A stretch of 64,000 bases of DNA from Malacoraja senta (lineage: Eukaryota): positions 11,286,001 through 11,350,000 of the forward strand of contig CM075992.1 of the NCBI GenBank assembly GCA_038087875.1, in the 5' to 3' direction. A model generated the notes under the pieces. That model saw only the letters and a list, made by a program, of their open reading frames with translations. It made no database searches and was not told the DNA's origin. The position numbers were made by a program, and so were the translations under genes. This document shows positions 24,606 to 37,789 of the stretch, piece by piece (position 1 is the stretch's first letter; each line of letters begins with the position of its first letter).

Positions 24606-25712
24606 GTGAGTAGTTATTAACAAGAGTGTGGTGGGGGGTGCACTGTGCGCTGTGTACAATTACTGGATGTTGGTTATGTATTTGTCTGTGTGTTAAAGCA
24701 TCATCTGAATCCTCCTCAAATACCTCGAATGATCTAGTGTCCACCATCCTCCGGAGTGGAGAATTCCAGCGATTCACCGACCTCAGTGAGAGGAAGCTCC
24801 TGTGCAGTTTTAAATGACCGCCCTCTTATCTTGTAACTATGTCCCCTCATTGGAGCCTCTGCCTCTGCACATAGTTATAGAGATCTCCGGCACACAGGCT
24901 CCCAGGTTCACCGCACTTCTACAGGCCATCTTGCTGAGTGACACTAATCCAACTTCCCGACATTAATTGCCGATCCCTCTGTGCCCTGTCGTTCAAATAC
25001 CTATCAAGATGCCTCTTAAATATTGTTACTGTTCCTGCCTCCACCACCTCATCTAGCATCTACCAACAACACTTTGTGTGGACAAATTATCACTGATCTC
25101 CTTAAACCACTTCCTTCCCATCTTCAACTGGTACACTTTGATCTTGGACACCCGTACGGTGGGAAATGGCCATCGACTCTGTCTGTGCCTCTCATAATTG
25201 TATATAACTATATCACAGTCATTTCTCAGCCACCTTTGCTCCAGGGAAAACAGACCCTGTCCAATCTCACATTATAACTCAAGCTGGCCAATCCCAGGCA
25301 ACATCCTTGTGAATCGTTTTCACCCTTCTCTTCACATTTACCCTCTCATCCCCCCTCACGATCGTGCTTTATAATAAGGTCACCCCTCATTCTCAATTCC
25401 ACAGACTGGAGACCAAATATCTTCAGCCACTCTTGATGGCTGAATTCTCCCATCAAGAATGAATCAAGTGAATCTCTCTGGACTGCCGGTATATCCTTGG
25501 TTTAATAGAGGAACCAAAACTGTCCCCAGTAACCAGGTTTGGCCCCACCAGCACCCTGTCCACTTGTACCAATACTTCCTCATTTAAAAACTCCAAGCCC
25601 TGTGTGCTCTCAATGACCCGTGGAGCCGACAGCACGGAAACAGGCCATTCGGCCCACCTGACCCGTGCTGACCAAAATGTTGCATCTAAGCTAGTTTCCT
25701 TTTGCCTGCATT

Positions 25713-27710
25713 TAGAAACATAGAAACATAGAAAACAGGTGCAGGAGGAGGCCATTAAGCCCTGCGAGCCAGCTCTGCCATTCATTGTGATCATGGCTGA
25801 TCATCTCCAATCAATAAACCGTGCCTGCCTTCTTCCCATATCCCTTGATTCCACCAGCCCCTAGCTCTCTCTAAAATCCATCCAGTGATTTAGCCTCCAC
25901 TGCCCTCTGTGGCAGGGAATTCCACAATTTCACAACTCTCTGTATGAAAAAGTTTTTTCTCACCTCAATCCTAAATGGCCTCCCCTTTATTCTAAGACTG
26001 TGGCCCCTGGTTCTGGACTTGCCCAACATTGGGAACATTTTTCCTGCATCTAACCTGTCAAATCCTTTTATAATTTTATATGTTTCTATAAGATCCCCCC
26101 TCATCCTTCTAAACTCCAGTGAATACAAGCCTAGTCTTTTCAATCTTTCCTCATATGACAGTCCCGCCAACCCAGGGATCAATCTCGTGAACCTACGCGA
26201 CACTGCCTCAATCACAAGGATGTCCTTCCTCAAATTAGGAGACCAAAACTGTGAACAATACTCCAGATGTGGTCTTACCAGAGCCCTATAGAACTGCAGA
26301 AGAACCTCTCTACTCCTATACTGAAATCCTTTTGTTATGAAGGCCAATATTCCATTAGCTTTCTTCACTGCCTGCTGTACCTGCACGCCAACTTTCAGTG
26401 ACCGGTGTACAAGGACACCCTGGTCTCACTGTACCTCCCCCTTACCTAACATAACCCCATTGAGATAATAATCTTCCCCCTTGTTTTTGCCACCGAAGTG
26501 GATAACCTCACATTTATCTATATTATACTGCATCTGCCACACATCTGCCCACTCACTCAACCTGTCCAGGTCACCCTGCAACCTCCTAACATCCTCTTCA
26601 CAGTTCACACTGCCACCCAGCTTTGTGTCATCCGCAAACTTGCCAGTATTGCTCCTAATTCCCTCCAAATCATTAATATATATGGTAAACAGTCGCGGCC
26701 CCAACACCGAGCCTTGCGACGCTCCACTCGCCATTGCCTGCCATTCTGAAAAGGACCCGTTCACTCCTACTCTTTGCTTCATGTCTGCCAACCAATTTCC
26801 TTTCCATGTCAACACCCTACCCCCAATACCATGTGGTCTAATTTTAGTCACCATTATCCTGTGCGGGACCTTATGAAAGGCTTTCTGAACGTATAGATAC
26901 ACTATATCCACTGGCTCCCCTTCATCCATTTTACTTGTCACATCCTCAAACAATTCCAGAAGATTAGTCAAGCATGATTTTCCTTTCATAAATGCATGCT
27001 GACTTGGACTAATCCTTTTACTGCTATCCAAATGCCCTATTATTACCTCTTTAATAATTGACTCAAGCATCTTTCCCACCACCGAAGTCAGGCTAACTGG
27101 TCTGTAATTCCCCGTTTTCTCTCTCGCTCCTTTCTTGAAAAGTGGGATAACATTAGCTATCCTCCAATCCACAGGAACTGATCCTGAATCAATTGAACAT
27201 TGGAAAATGATCACCAATGCGTCCACTATTTCTGGAGCCACCTCCCTGAGGACCCTGTGATGCAGACCATCAGGGCCAGGGGATTTATCATCCGTCAGTC
27301 CCATTAGCCTACCCTATACTATTTCTCGCCTAATGAAAATTTATTTCAGTTCCTCTACCCCCTTAGATCCTCTGTCCTCCAGTACTTCTGGTAGATTGTT
27401 TGTGTCTTCCTTAGTGAAGACAGATCCGAAGTACCTGTTCAACTCTTCTGCCATTTCTTTGTTCCCCATAATAATTTCACCCATGTCTGCCTTCAAGGGA
27501 CCCACATTTGACTGCTATTCTTTTTCCCTTAACATATCTAAAGAAGCTTTTACTGTCCTCCTTTATATTCCTGGCCAGCTTCCCATCATACTTCATCTTT
27601 TCAGCTCGTATTGCCCGTTTTGTTTCCCTCTGTTGCCCTATGAATGCTGCCCAATCCTCTGGCTTCCGGCTACTCTTTGCTGTGTTATACATTCGTTGCT
27701 GTGTTATGTG
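25713..27710 (-). mobile_element. CR1 LINE (young, 5'-truncated), absent from the paralogous segment
   Basis: ORFs 26426-27304 and 25871-26386 with full RT motifs; (TATGTTTC)n tail at 25713. Confidence 0.95.
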
Positions 27711-28864
27711 ATGTTTGGCCCACATCTCTTGAAACAATTCCAATCAATGTATCTGTCCAAGTGTCTTTTACATGATGTTATCGTGTCTGCCTCAACCATC
27801 TCCCCTGGCAACTCATTCCATTTACCCAGTGAATATGTTGCTCCTCAGCTTCATATTAAATCTTGCCTCTCTCACCTTAAAGCTATGTCCACTGGGTTAA
27901 AGACACCGTGAATTCACCTTATCTATTCCCCTCATGATTTATACACATTTATATTATCATCCCTCAGCCTCCTGGGCTCCAAGCAATAAAGTCCTATCTG
28001 GCCGAACCTCTCCCTATAGCTCAGCCCCTTGACTTCTGGCAACATCCTCCTAAATCTTCTTTGCACTCTTTCCAGCCTAATGGCATCCTTCCTATAGAAG
28101 GGTGACAATAAGTGAACATCCTACTTCAAGTGCGGCGTCACCAATGCGCTGCACAACTGTAACATGCCAAAATGCAGCGGCTTGCACCTATCAGCATTAG
28201 ACTCTCATTTCCTCCCACACCCATGCGCTCATGGGTTAATAGTCTTCTGTAAACCAGTCCTAGTGCAGGAAAGTGGCACAAACACCAAAGGGTAGTGGGT
28301 AGGATCAGAGAGAGAGAGAGAGTGGGTAAGTTGCAGAGCTAAAGGGGAAATAAGGATCTGAGGATTGGGACTGATCGGATTGTCCCCAGTGAGCTATCAT
28401 GGGCACGATGGCTGGAATGGCCTCCTATTTGGTGCGGTAAGTGGATGTTAAACTGAGTTGATGCCATTTATTCCACTGTTTACCATGAAAGACCACACGT
28501 GGAGCACAGAGAGCTTGTGTGGACTCCAGGGCAGCGGAAGGGGAGTGTGGAACTCCACAATGAAGAAATTTCAAGAAACTCCCATTTGGAAATCCCCACG
28601 GTTCAGCATCTGGCTCTACAGATGTTGATAGCCGACCTCCCCCCTCACTCACCGAGACCCCTGTTCCCAGAGCCCCCACTCACCGAGACCCCCGTTCCAG
28701 AGCTCCATGCCATTTGCTGGGACCTTCTTTCCCAGAGCTCCCTCCCTCCCAGTTACTGGGACCCTGGATCTCATGCTCCATTTCATATTCCAGGCCGCAG
28801 TTTCCTGTTCGCTCCCCCAACATCGGGAACATGTTTCCTGCCCCTAGCATGTCCAATCCCTTAA

Positions 28865-29897
28865 TCTATATCACTAAAAGTCTGATCTTGACCACTTCCT
28901 GTTCTGTATATTGATTTTAGAAAAACGTTGCCACTTACGGCTGTGATATTTCGCCATCCTACTCAAAGTCCCCCTCCGCTGCGCAGGACAAGAGGATTTT
29001 TCCCATTGATGAAAAATAAAAGAGTTATTAGTGTTTTAAAAATGTTGAGATTCTCTCTCCTGAAGACCACGCCCCTTCCGGAGGGACTATAAAACCCGGA
29101 AGTGTTGAGTGCCTCAGTCAGTCTCTGCAAGATGGGGGTAAGCGAGAGGGTCACATCTCTCAGTCTGAGCTGTGAATAACACTGAACACATGTCTACTAA
29201 ACTGTGTGTGTGGTTTTACTAGCCTTGAGTACCCTTAATGTGGTTTGAAAATGAAAATGTGATTGGTTTGAATAAAGCACAGCAAATGGTTGGTGGTGGT
29301 TGGTGTGAACTAAAGCACAGCAAATGGTTGGTGGTGGTTGGTTTGAACTAAAGCACAGCAAATGGTTGGTGGTGGTTGGTTTGAACTAAAGCACAGCAAA
29401 TGGTTCGTGGTGGTTGGTTTGAACTAAAGCAATGATTAAAAGTCTAAACTTGACAAATTCCTGTTTGCACTGTATATTGATTTTAGATAAAACGCTACCA
29501 CTTACGACTGATTTTTGGCCATCTTACCCAGACCCCCTCCGCTCATTAGGTGCAGAGGATGCTTCCCATCAATGAAAAATAAAAGTGTCATTAGTGTTTA
29601 AAAAATGTTGAGAATCCCTCTCCTGTTAATCATGCCATGAAGGCTACACCCCTTCTGGTGGGAGGGGGAGGGATTATAAAACATGGAAGTGTGGGTGTGG
29701 CTCAGTCTCTGCAAGATGGGGGAGGGAGAAGTCATGACTCTGAGCAGTGAATCAACTGAACACACTGAATGTCTACTGAACTGTGAGTTTGGTGTTTATG
29801 TGGTGTTTTGTGTAGTTTAGTGATGGTTTTATGGAGGTTTCACCCTGATTAAAATGGTATGAAACTGCATTTGAACGTGGTGGCCTTGCAACCTGCA
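28865..29897 (+). mobile_element. Non-autonomous Helitron, 3'-truncated duplicate of 34687-36626
   Basis: 5' TCTATA(T/C)..ACTAAAAG at the same CR1 site (CCCTTAA|TC); ~39-bp internal repeats. Confidence 0.75.
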
Positions 29898-31449
29898 AGA
29901 AGACTTATCAATTATTTCATTAGGTGCAGAAAAAGCATTTGACCAATTAGAATGGGAATACCTCTTCACAGTACTGCAAAAATATCAGATGGGAGAGAAC
30001 TTCATCTCATGGATAAAATTACTATATGACAGGCTGACTGCTAGAATATTGACCAACCACATACTCTCTCCAAAATTTCATTTATCCAGGGGCAATAGAC
30101 AGGGCTGTGCATTATCACCCCTGCTATTTGCACTTGCGATAGAGCCCTTAGCGGAAAGTATAAGAATGTATCCGAATATTCACGGGTATAATACTAAACA
30201 TTCCAATAACAAAATATCATTATATGCAGATGACGTATTATTATACATTACAAAATCTCAAGTTAGTATACCAAATATATTAAATCTAATAGAGGAATTT
30301 GGTTCTTTCACAGGATATAGAATAAACTGGAATAAAAGTGAAATCATGGCGATAAAACCCCAAGAGTCGACACAACTTTTAAAATTTCCTTTTAGAATTG
30401 CTACAGAAAAATTTAAATACCTGGTATCCAAATAACCAGAAAGTATAATTATTTTTTCAATGCAAACTTCCTGCCTTTAGTTACTAACTCAAACGCTCTG
30501 ATTCAATTCTGGAAAACACTCCCGATGTCTCTAATAGGCAGAAGAAATGCCATAAAAATGATTTTCCTCCCACAAATTCTCTACTTATTTCAATCAATAC
30601 CGATATATCTACCTACATTTAAAAAAAAAAAACTAGTTTCCAACATTACAAATTTTATTTGGGATTATAAATCACACAGAATTCATAGACGACATTTATA
30701 TAAACCCAAAGAAATCGGTGTACTGGCTCTCCCCAACTTCTGGTACTATTACTGGGCAGTGAATATTAAACATGTAATTCACTGGCTGGACAATTCATGT
30801 CAACAGGTAGATTGGTTAGTAATGGAGAGAGAGGATTGTTCGCCTTTTAACATAGGCGCGATCCTTCTCTCCCCAATAAAGTTGAAGAATACAATATTCA
30901 AGAAAAACCCGATTACTCATAGCACTTTACGAATCTGGAGACAAGTAAAACTTAATCTTAAACTAAGAAATCTATCTCTTCTTTCTCCAATAGCTAATAA
31001 TCCATCGTTCAAACCATCTATTATAGATAAAACGTTTATTCATTGGGAAAGACTAGGAATTAAAAAGGTTGGAGATTTGTACGAAATGGGAAACCTTTTA
31101 TCATTTCAGAAATTACAATCAAAATACAGTCTGAAAGGTAATCAATATTTTAGATATCTTCAAATTCGAGATTATTAGAAAACATATACCCATGAATATC
31201 AAACTCTGTTGCCAGATATATTAGATGAAGGTATGAATAGAAACACAGTCAAATAATTTAATATCATACTTGTACAATATCATTCTAAATATAGAAATTC
31301 CATCGTCAGATGTAATTAGAAGAGAGTGTGAACAGGAATTAAGCTTAAAAATTCCCAAAGACAGATGGGAAAAATATCTCCTATATGTACATAACTGTTC
31401 GATCAATGTAAGACATATTCTAATACAATTTAAAATAATACAAGGACTA

Positions 31450-31480
<31 letters not shown>

Positions 31481-33870
31481 ATCTATCTATATACTATTAA
31501 AACTCTCTGGCTGTCGTCCGTCTGTACGTCCGACGGCCTGCTTGACTTTGCCGCGCGGCCTTTGATGCGGCCCCTGGCCCACACGGAAAGGCCCACGTTT
31601 TTCGCCATTTTCAAAGAGATGACATTTATCTTTACGAATAGCCACTCCTGATTAAATTCGGTCCTGTTTATGTACACGTTTTTTAATAAAATCCATCCCT
31701 CCCAACCCCAATGTGATTTTCTCCGATTGTCTCCGATTTTCTCCGAAAACGACGCCATCTTTTTTTCCCCGATTTTCTCCGAAAACGACGCCATCTTTTT
31801 TTCGCTGATTTTCTCCGATTTTTTCCGAAAACGACGCCATCTTTTTTTCAGCACATTTTCACCCCGGGGTCTGAAGCACGTTCGGGAACAACACCCCGGG
31901 GTGTCAAGCACTTTCGGGGACCAGACCCAACGGGTCTGCACTTGGTCTAGTATACTTTTAAAACTCTCTGGCTGTCGTCCGTCTGTACGTCCGACGGCCT
32001 GCTTGACTTTGCCGCGCGGCCTTTGATACGGTCCCTGGCCCACACGGCGCGCGGAAAGGCCCACGTTTTTCGCCATTTCCAAAGAGATGACATTTATCTT
32101 CACGAATAGCCACTCCTGATTAAATTCGGTCCTGTTTATGTACACGTTTTTTAATAAAATCCATCCCCCCCCCCACCCCAATGTGATTTACTCCGATTGT
32201 CTCCGATTTTCTCCGAAAATTTTCTTTCCCCGATTTTCTCCGAAAAAGACGCCATCTTTTTTTCGCCGATTTTCTCCGATTTCTTCCGAAAACGACGCCA
32301 TCTTTTTTTCCCCGATTTTCACTCCGGGGTCTGAAGCACCTTCGGGAACAACACCCCGGGGTGTCAAGCACTTTCGGGGACCAGACACAACGGGTCTGCA
32401 CTTGGTCTAGTATACTTTTAAAACTCTCTGGCTGTCGTCCGTCTGTACGTCCGACGGCCTGCTTGACTTTGCCGCGCGGCCTTTGATACGGCCCCTGGCC
32501 CACACGGCGCGCGGAAAGGCCCACGTTTTTCCCCATTTCCAAAGGGATGACATTTATCTTTACGATTAGCCACTCCTGATTAAATTCGGTCCTGTTTATG
32601 TACACGTTTTTTAATAAAATCCATCCCCCCCCCCCACCCCCATCTCCGATTTTCTCCGATTTCTTCCGAAAACGACGCCATCTTTTTTTTCCCGATTTTC
32701 TCCGAAAACGACGCCATCTTTTTTTCGCCGATTTTCACCCCGGGGGTCTGAAGCACGTTCGGGAACAACACCCCGGGGTGTCATCCATCCCCCCACCAAC
32801 CCCAATTTGATTTTCTCCCATTTTATCAAAAAACGACGCCATCTTTTTTTCGCCGATTTTCTCCGAAAACGACGCCATCTTTTTTTCGCCGATTTTCTCC
32901 GATTTTTTCCGAAAACGACGCCATCTTTTTTTCAGCAGATATTCACCCCGGGGTCTGAAGCACGTTCGGGAACAACACCCCGGGGTGTCAAGCACTTTCG
33001 GGGACCAGACCCAACGGGTCTGCACTTGGTCTAGTATTACTCTAAAACTAAACTGAACAAAATTTTCCCAAATGTATCTCCCATCTGCGACAAATGTTTA
33101 TATCAAGAAGCAATTATAACACACTCCTTCGTCTCCTGTATAAAACTCCATACATTTTGGAAAGAAATCTTCAAAATCTTCTCAAAATTATTTAAAACAA
33201 AACTGGACTCCCATAGAGAATTGACTATTTTTGGAACAACAGGTGCCTGCTCTGAGCTTTCAATGTTTCAAAGACATTTCCTTAACTACGGCCTGATAAT
33301 GGCAAAAAAACGTATACTTAAATTTTGGAAATATGCATCCACCCAACGTTTAAAATGTGGATCACAAGCATATCTGAGACGCTACATCTTGAAGATATGA
33401 GACTCGTCTTAGCAGGAAAATCAGAGCAATTTTTAAAGACATGGTCTCCTTTTATTGATTCATTACAAGTATAGTATGGTGCAACACAACTCTGGAAATA
33501 AACCGATCCACGTGATGGGTGATGGGCATGGTGAGATACGAAGCAGGTATATCCACACATAAGGGTCCCTTTTTTCCCTTTTTTTTTTCTTTTCATTTCT
33601 TTCTTAAAAAAATATATATTTTATGGGTTTTTGTCTTTATTTTTCTATAGGCTATCACTTATTCACCCCTGGACTGCACATCTGGTAGTCTAGGGGTTTA
33701 CACATCACTACTTCCTTCACTCTTTCTCTTTCTCGCTCTTTCTTTCTTGTTCTACCTCTTTCTTGTTAAATTTAAAATAGAAGTTGTACACAAAATTTAT
33801 TTTGTCATATGCCGCGGTTTATACTACTGTACACGGCTTCTAATAAAAATACAAATTTAAAAAAAAAAAA
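29898..33870 (+). mobile_element. L1-clade LINE, 5'-truncated ORF2 with poly(A) tail
   Basis: AEKAFDQLEWEYL, RGNRQGCALSPLLF, ISLYADDVLL, CCHC-type C-terminal region, AATAAA plus A-tail at 33842-33870. Confidence 0.9.
31452..33034 (+). mobile_element. Head-to-tail trimer of a non-autonomous Helitron inserted in L1
   Basis: Three units each ending in the hairpin CAGACCCAACGGGTCTG (one mismatch in unit 2) plus CTAG (31950, 32410, 33034); (TCTA)n at the 5' end; L1 resumes at T33035. Confidence 0.85.
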
Positions 33871-34149
33871 GGAGATCCCCACGATTCAGCATCTGGCTCT
33901 ACAGATGTTGATAGCCGACCTCCCCCCTCACTCACTGAGATCCCCCACGTTTCCAGAGCCCCCTCCCCCCACTGACTGAGACCCCTATTCCCAGAGCCCC
34001 CACTCACCGAGACCCCCATTCCAGAGCCCCATGCCATTTGCCAGGACCTTCTTTCCCAGGGCTCCCTCCCTCCCAGTTGCTGGGACCCCGGATCTCATGC
34101 TCCATTTCATATTCCGGGCCGCAGTTTCCTGTTCGCTCCCACTCTCGGT

Positions 34150-34325
34150 GTAACAATACTGATATCCGCTGCTATCTGTGTGGAGTTTGCACATTCTCCC
34201 CGTGACTGTGTGGGTTTCCCCGGGTGCTCCAGTTTCTCTCACATCGCTGAAACATGCTGGGATGTTAATCAGCAGCTGTAAAATGCCCCAGTGTGGGTTA
34301 ATGGCAGTTGATGTGACGGTGTCAA
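34150..34325 (+). mobile_element. V-SINE-like fragment
   Basis: TGTGGAGTTTGCACATTCTCCCCGTG core; paralog at ~60850-61010. Confidence 0.6.
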
Positions 34326-34686
34326 TAGACAATAGACAATAGGTGCAGGAGTAGGCCATTTGGCCCTTCGAGCCTGCAGCGCCATTCACTGTGATCATGG
34401 CTGATCATCCACAATCAGTACCCTGTTCATGCCTCCTCCCCATATCCCTTGACTCCGCTATCTTCCATAGCTCTATCTAACTCTCTCTTGAAAGCATCCA
34501 GAGAATTGGCCCCCACTGCCTTCTGAGGCAGAGAATTCCACAGATTCACAACTCTCTGGGTGAAAATGTTTTTCCTCATCTCCATTCTGAATGGCCTACC
34601 CCTTATTCTTAAACTGTGGCCTCTGGTTCTGGACTCCCCTAACATCGGGAACATATTTCCTGGCCCTAGCTTGTCCAATCCCTTAA

Positions 34687-36626
34687 TCTATATTACTAAA
34701 AGTCTTATCCTGACCACTTCCTGTTCTGTATATTGAATATAGAAATAACGTTGCCACTTACGGCTGTGATTTTTGGCCATCTTACTCCGAGACCCCCGCC
34801 GCTGCGCAGGACAAGAGGATTTTTCCCATCAATGAAAAATAAAAGAGTTATTAGTGTTTAAAAAATGTTGAGATTCTCTCTCCTGAAGGCCACGCCCCTT
34901 CCGGAGGGACTATAAAACCCGGAAGTGTTGAGTGCCTCACCTCAGTCTCTGCAAAATGAGGGAAGCGAGAGGGTCACGTCTCTCAGTCTGAGCTGTGAAT
35001 AACCCTGAACACATGTCTACTAAACTGTGTGTGTGGTTTTACTGGCCTTGAGTACCCTTAATGTGGTTTGAAAATGAAAATGTGATTGGTTTGAATAAAG
35101 CACAGCAAAAGGTTGGTGGTGGTTGGTTTGAACTAAAGCACAGCAAATGGTTGCTGGTGGTTGGTTTGAACTAAAGCACAGCAAATGGTTGGTGGTGGTT
35201 GGTTTGAACTAAAGCAATGATTAAAAGTCTAAACTTGACAAATTCCTGTTTGCACTGTATATTGATTTTAGATAAAACGCTACCACTTACGACTGTGATT
35301 TTTGGCCATCTTACCCAGTCCCCCTCCGCTCATCAGGTGCAGAGGATTCTTCCCATCAATGAAAAATAAAAGTTTAATTAGTGTTTAAAATTTTTTGAGA
35401 ATCTCTCTCCTGTCAATCATGCCATGAAGGCTACGCCCCTTCTGGTGGGAGGGGGGGGGATTATAAAACCTGGAAGTGTGGGTGTGGCTCAGTGTCTGCA
35501 AGATTGGGGAGGGAGAGGTCATGATTCTGTCTAAGCTGTGAATCAACTGAACACACTGAATGTCTACTGAACTGTGTGTGGTGTTTATGTGGTGTTTTGT
35601 GTGGTTTTGTGGTGGTTTTATGGAGGTTACACCCTGATTGAAATGGTATGAAACTGCATTTGAATTTGGTGGTCTTGCACCCTGCTTGAAGTGGCATGGA
35701 ACTGCACTTGAATTTGTTGGCCTTGCACCCTGATTGGTGGCATGAAACTGCACTTGAATTTGGTGGCCTTGCACCCTGCTTGAAGTGGCATGAAACTGCA
35801 CTTGAATTTGGTGGCCTTGCACCCTGCTTGAAGTGGCATGAAACTGCACTTGAATTTGGTGGCCTTGCACCCTGCTTGAAGGGGCATGAAACTGCACTTG
35901 AATTTGGTGGCCTTGCACCCTGATTGGTGGCATGAAACTGCACTTGAATCTGGTGGTCTTGCACCCTGCTTGAAGTGGCATGACACTACACTTGAATTTG
36001 GTGGACTTGCATCCTGCTTGAAGTGGCATGATACTGCACTTGAGTTTGGTGGCCTTGCACCCTGCTTGAAGTGGTAGGAAACTGCACTTGAATTTGGTGG
36101 CCTTGCACCCTGCTTGAAGTGGTGTGAAACTGCATTTGAATTTGGTGGCCTTGCACCCTGCTTGAAGTAGTATTAAACTGCACTTGAATTCGGTGGCCTT
36201 GCACCTTGCTTGAAGTGGTAGGAAACTGCACTTGAATTTGGTGGCCTTGCACCCTGCTTGAAAGGGTAGGAAACTACATTTGGAGAGGTGGAGAGGTGGA
36301 TTATTTGGTGGCCTAGCACCCTGCTTGAAATGGAATTTCAAGGAATAGCCGTGAGTCAACTGCCAGCCCACCATCCGTGAGTGAGCTGCCAGCAGATCAG
36401 GCTTTTGTGACCGAGCTGCCACCCCAAGAATCCATTTGGCCAACAATATCCATACTAGCCCTCTGGAAACCAGTCCCTTCAGCCCACAACACCCATACTA
36501 GCGCTCCAGAAATTGTCCCCCCCCCACTGGGCACCAATATTGGAATTGGTGGAGAGGTGGATTATTGCGTTGGGGGACCTGCCCTCCCGTGTGAACATGG
36601 GACCCAACGGGTCCCACTTAGTCTAG
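34687..36626 (+). mobile_element. Complete non-autonomous Helitron
   Basis: 5' TC, 3' hairpin TGGGACCCAACGGGTCCCA then CTAG, inserted between A and T with no TSD. Confidence 0.88.
35630..36335 (+). repeat. ~52-bp minisatellite inside the Helitron
   Basis: Repeats of GCACCCTGCTTGAAGTGGCATGAAACTGCACTTGAATTTGGTGGCCTT-type units. Confidence 0.9.
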
Positions 36627-36946
36627 TAATCTTATATGTTTCATTAAGATCCCCTCTTATCCTTCAAAATTACAGTGTATACAAGCCAGGTTGCTCCATT
36701 CTTTCAACATATGACAGTCCCGCCTTCCCGGGAATTAACCTCGTGAACCTACGCTGCACTCCCTCAATAACAAGAATGTCCTTCCTCAAATTTCGAGCAC
36801 CAAAAATGCTCACTAGAGCCCTGTACAACTGTAGAACAACCTCTTTGCTCCTATATTCCTCATCTTGTTATGAAGGCCAACATGCCATTCGCTTTCTTCA
36901 CTGCTTGCTGTACCTGCATGCTTACATACAGTGACTGATGAACAAG

Positions 36947-37430
36947 TGTGAATATGCATGGGTTTGGGTACTTGGGGAAAATGGCAGATGTCTGTGAAAC
37001 CTGCTTCACTGAGGCTGACATCACTTGCAGGGAGCTGGAGATCCATGTGACATAGATGGCTCCAGGGAGTCTGAAGCATGGGTAGGGGCTGCAGAAGGTT
37101 TTTGCCCTTGTGACCTACATGTTGCCACAATGTCTGGGATTCTGCAGGTGCAGCAAAGCCCTGATGCTAAAGGCAAGCCTGTGGTTGGTTGGAGAGATGT
37201 TATGTCTCAACTGGGTTTTGGTACCTTCCCGCCGGTACTTGTGATTGGTCCAGAAAAGTGGTCTCACCAAAGATAATGGTATCTTTATCTAATGGTAAGG
37301 TTTCTTTACTTAATGGGAATGTTTCTCCCTGTGCTATGTGTTGAAACTATGTTATGTACTGTTATATGATTGGGCCAAAGAGTTGTCATTCTATGTATTT
37401 TGCAGCCGGTATCGGTAATTGGTTTCTAGG
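36947..37430 (+). mobile_element. Truncated copy of the solo LTR (paralog of 59760-60229)
   Basis: Starts TGTGAATATG at the same CR1 position; homology stops at ~37430. Confidence 0.75.
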
Positions 37431-37789
37431 TGCTGAGGAACAGTATTTAGCGGGAAGAGGGTTCCAGGCCTAGGGGGGTTTGAGGCCCCGTCTGTGCGGG
37501 TTCAAGTACCAAACAGTGCTGGGTATTATCAGTGCCAAGGTAAAATTGGCTGGAATACTTTAAAAATTAGCACTGAATTTTTAGGACGCATCTGTGATAA
37601 TTCTAGGACTGTGATCCAAATTTTTTAATCTAAATTTTATGAATTCGAGGTATTCATATCCAGTGCTTTTGGTTATTCTTATACTTTAGTTGTTTGTTTC
37701 TGATCGTGTAATATAGCGACTTGCGTAAGATTGTGTAATTTACTCTGCTACCGTAATTGTAATTTAAATCGTATGCTTATACGTTATAT

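Larger units (their letters stand above)
34325..36946 (-). mobile_element. CR1 3' region split by a Helitron (paralog of 60230-60840)
   Basis: ORF 34427-34678; resumes at 36627. Confidence 0.85.
24430..37430 (+). repeat. Segmental duplication: inverted copy of ~59760-64000 (differing in TE content)
   Basis: Colinear reverse-complement matches, e.g. 24470-25710 vs 62470-63960, 27710-28590 vs 61570-62475, 33871-34686 vs 60550-61580, 36630-37430 vs 59760-60550. Confidence 0.9.

Noticed and set aside
31480..33034. Repeat arrays resembling CRISPR
   Set aside because: No unique spacers or cas genes; vertebrate Helitron tandem units
35385..36446. 353-aa Cys-repeat ORF (QAGCKATKFKCSF)n
   Set aside because: Translation of a Helitron minisatellite; no zinc-finger spacing
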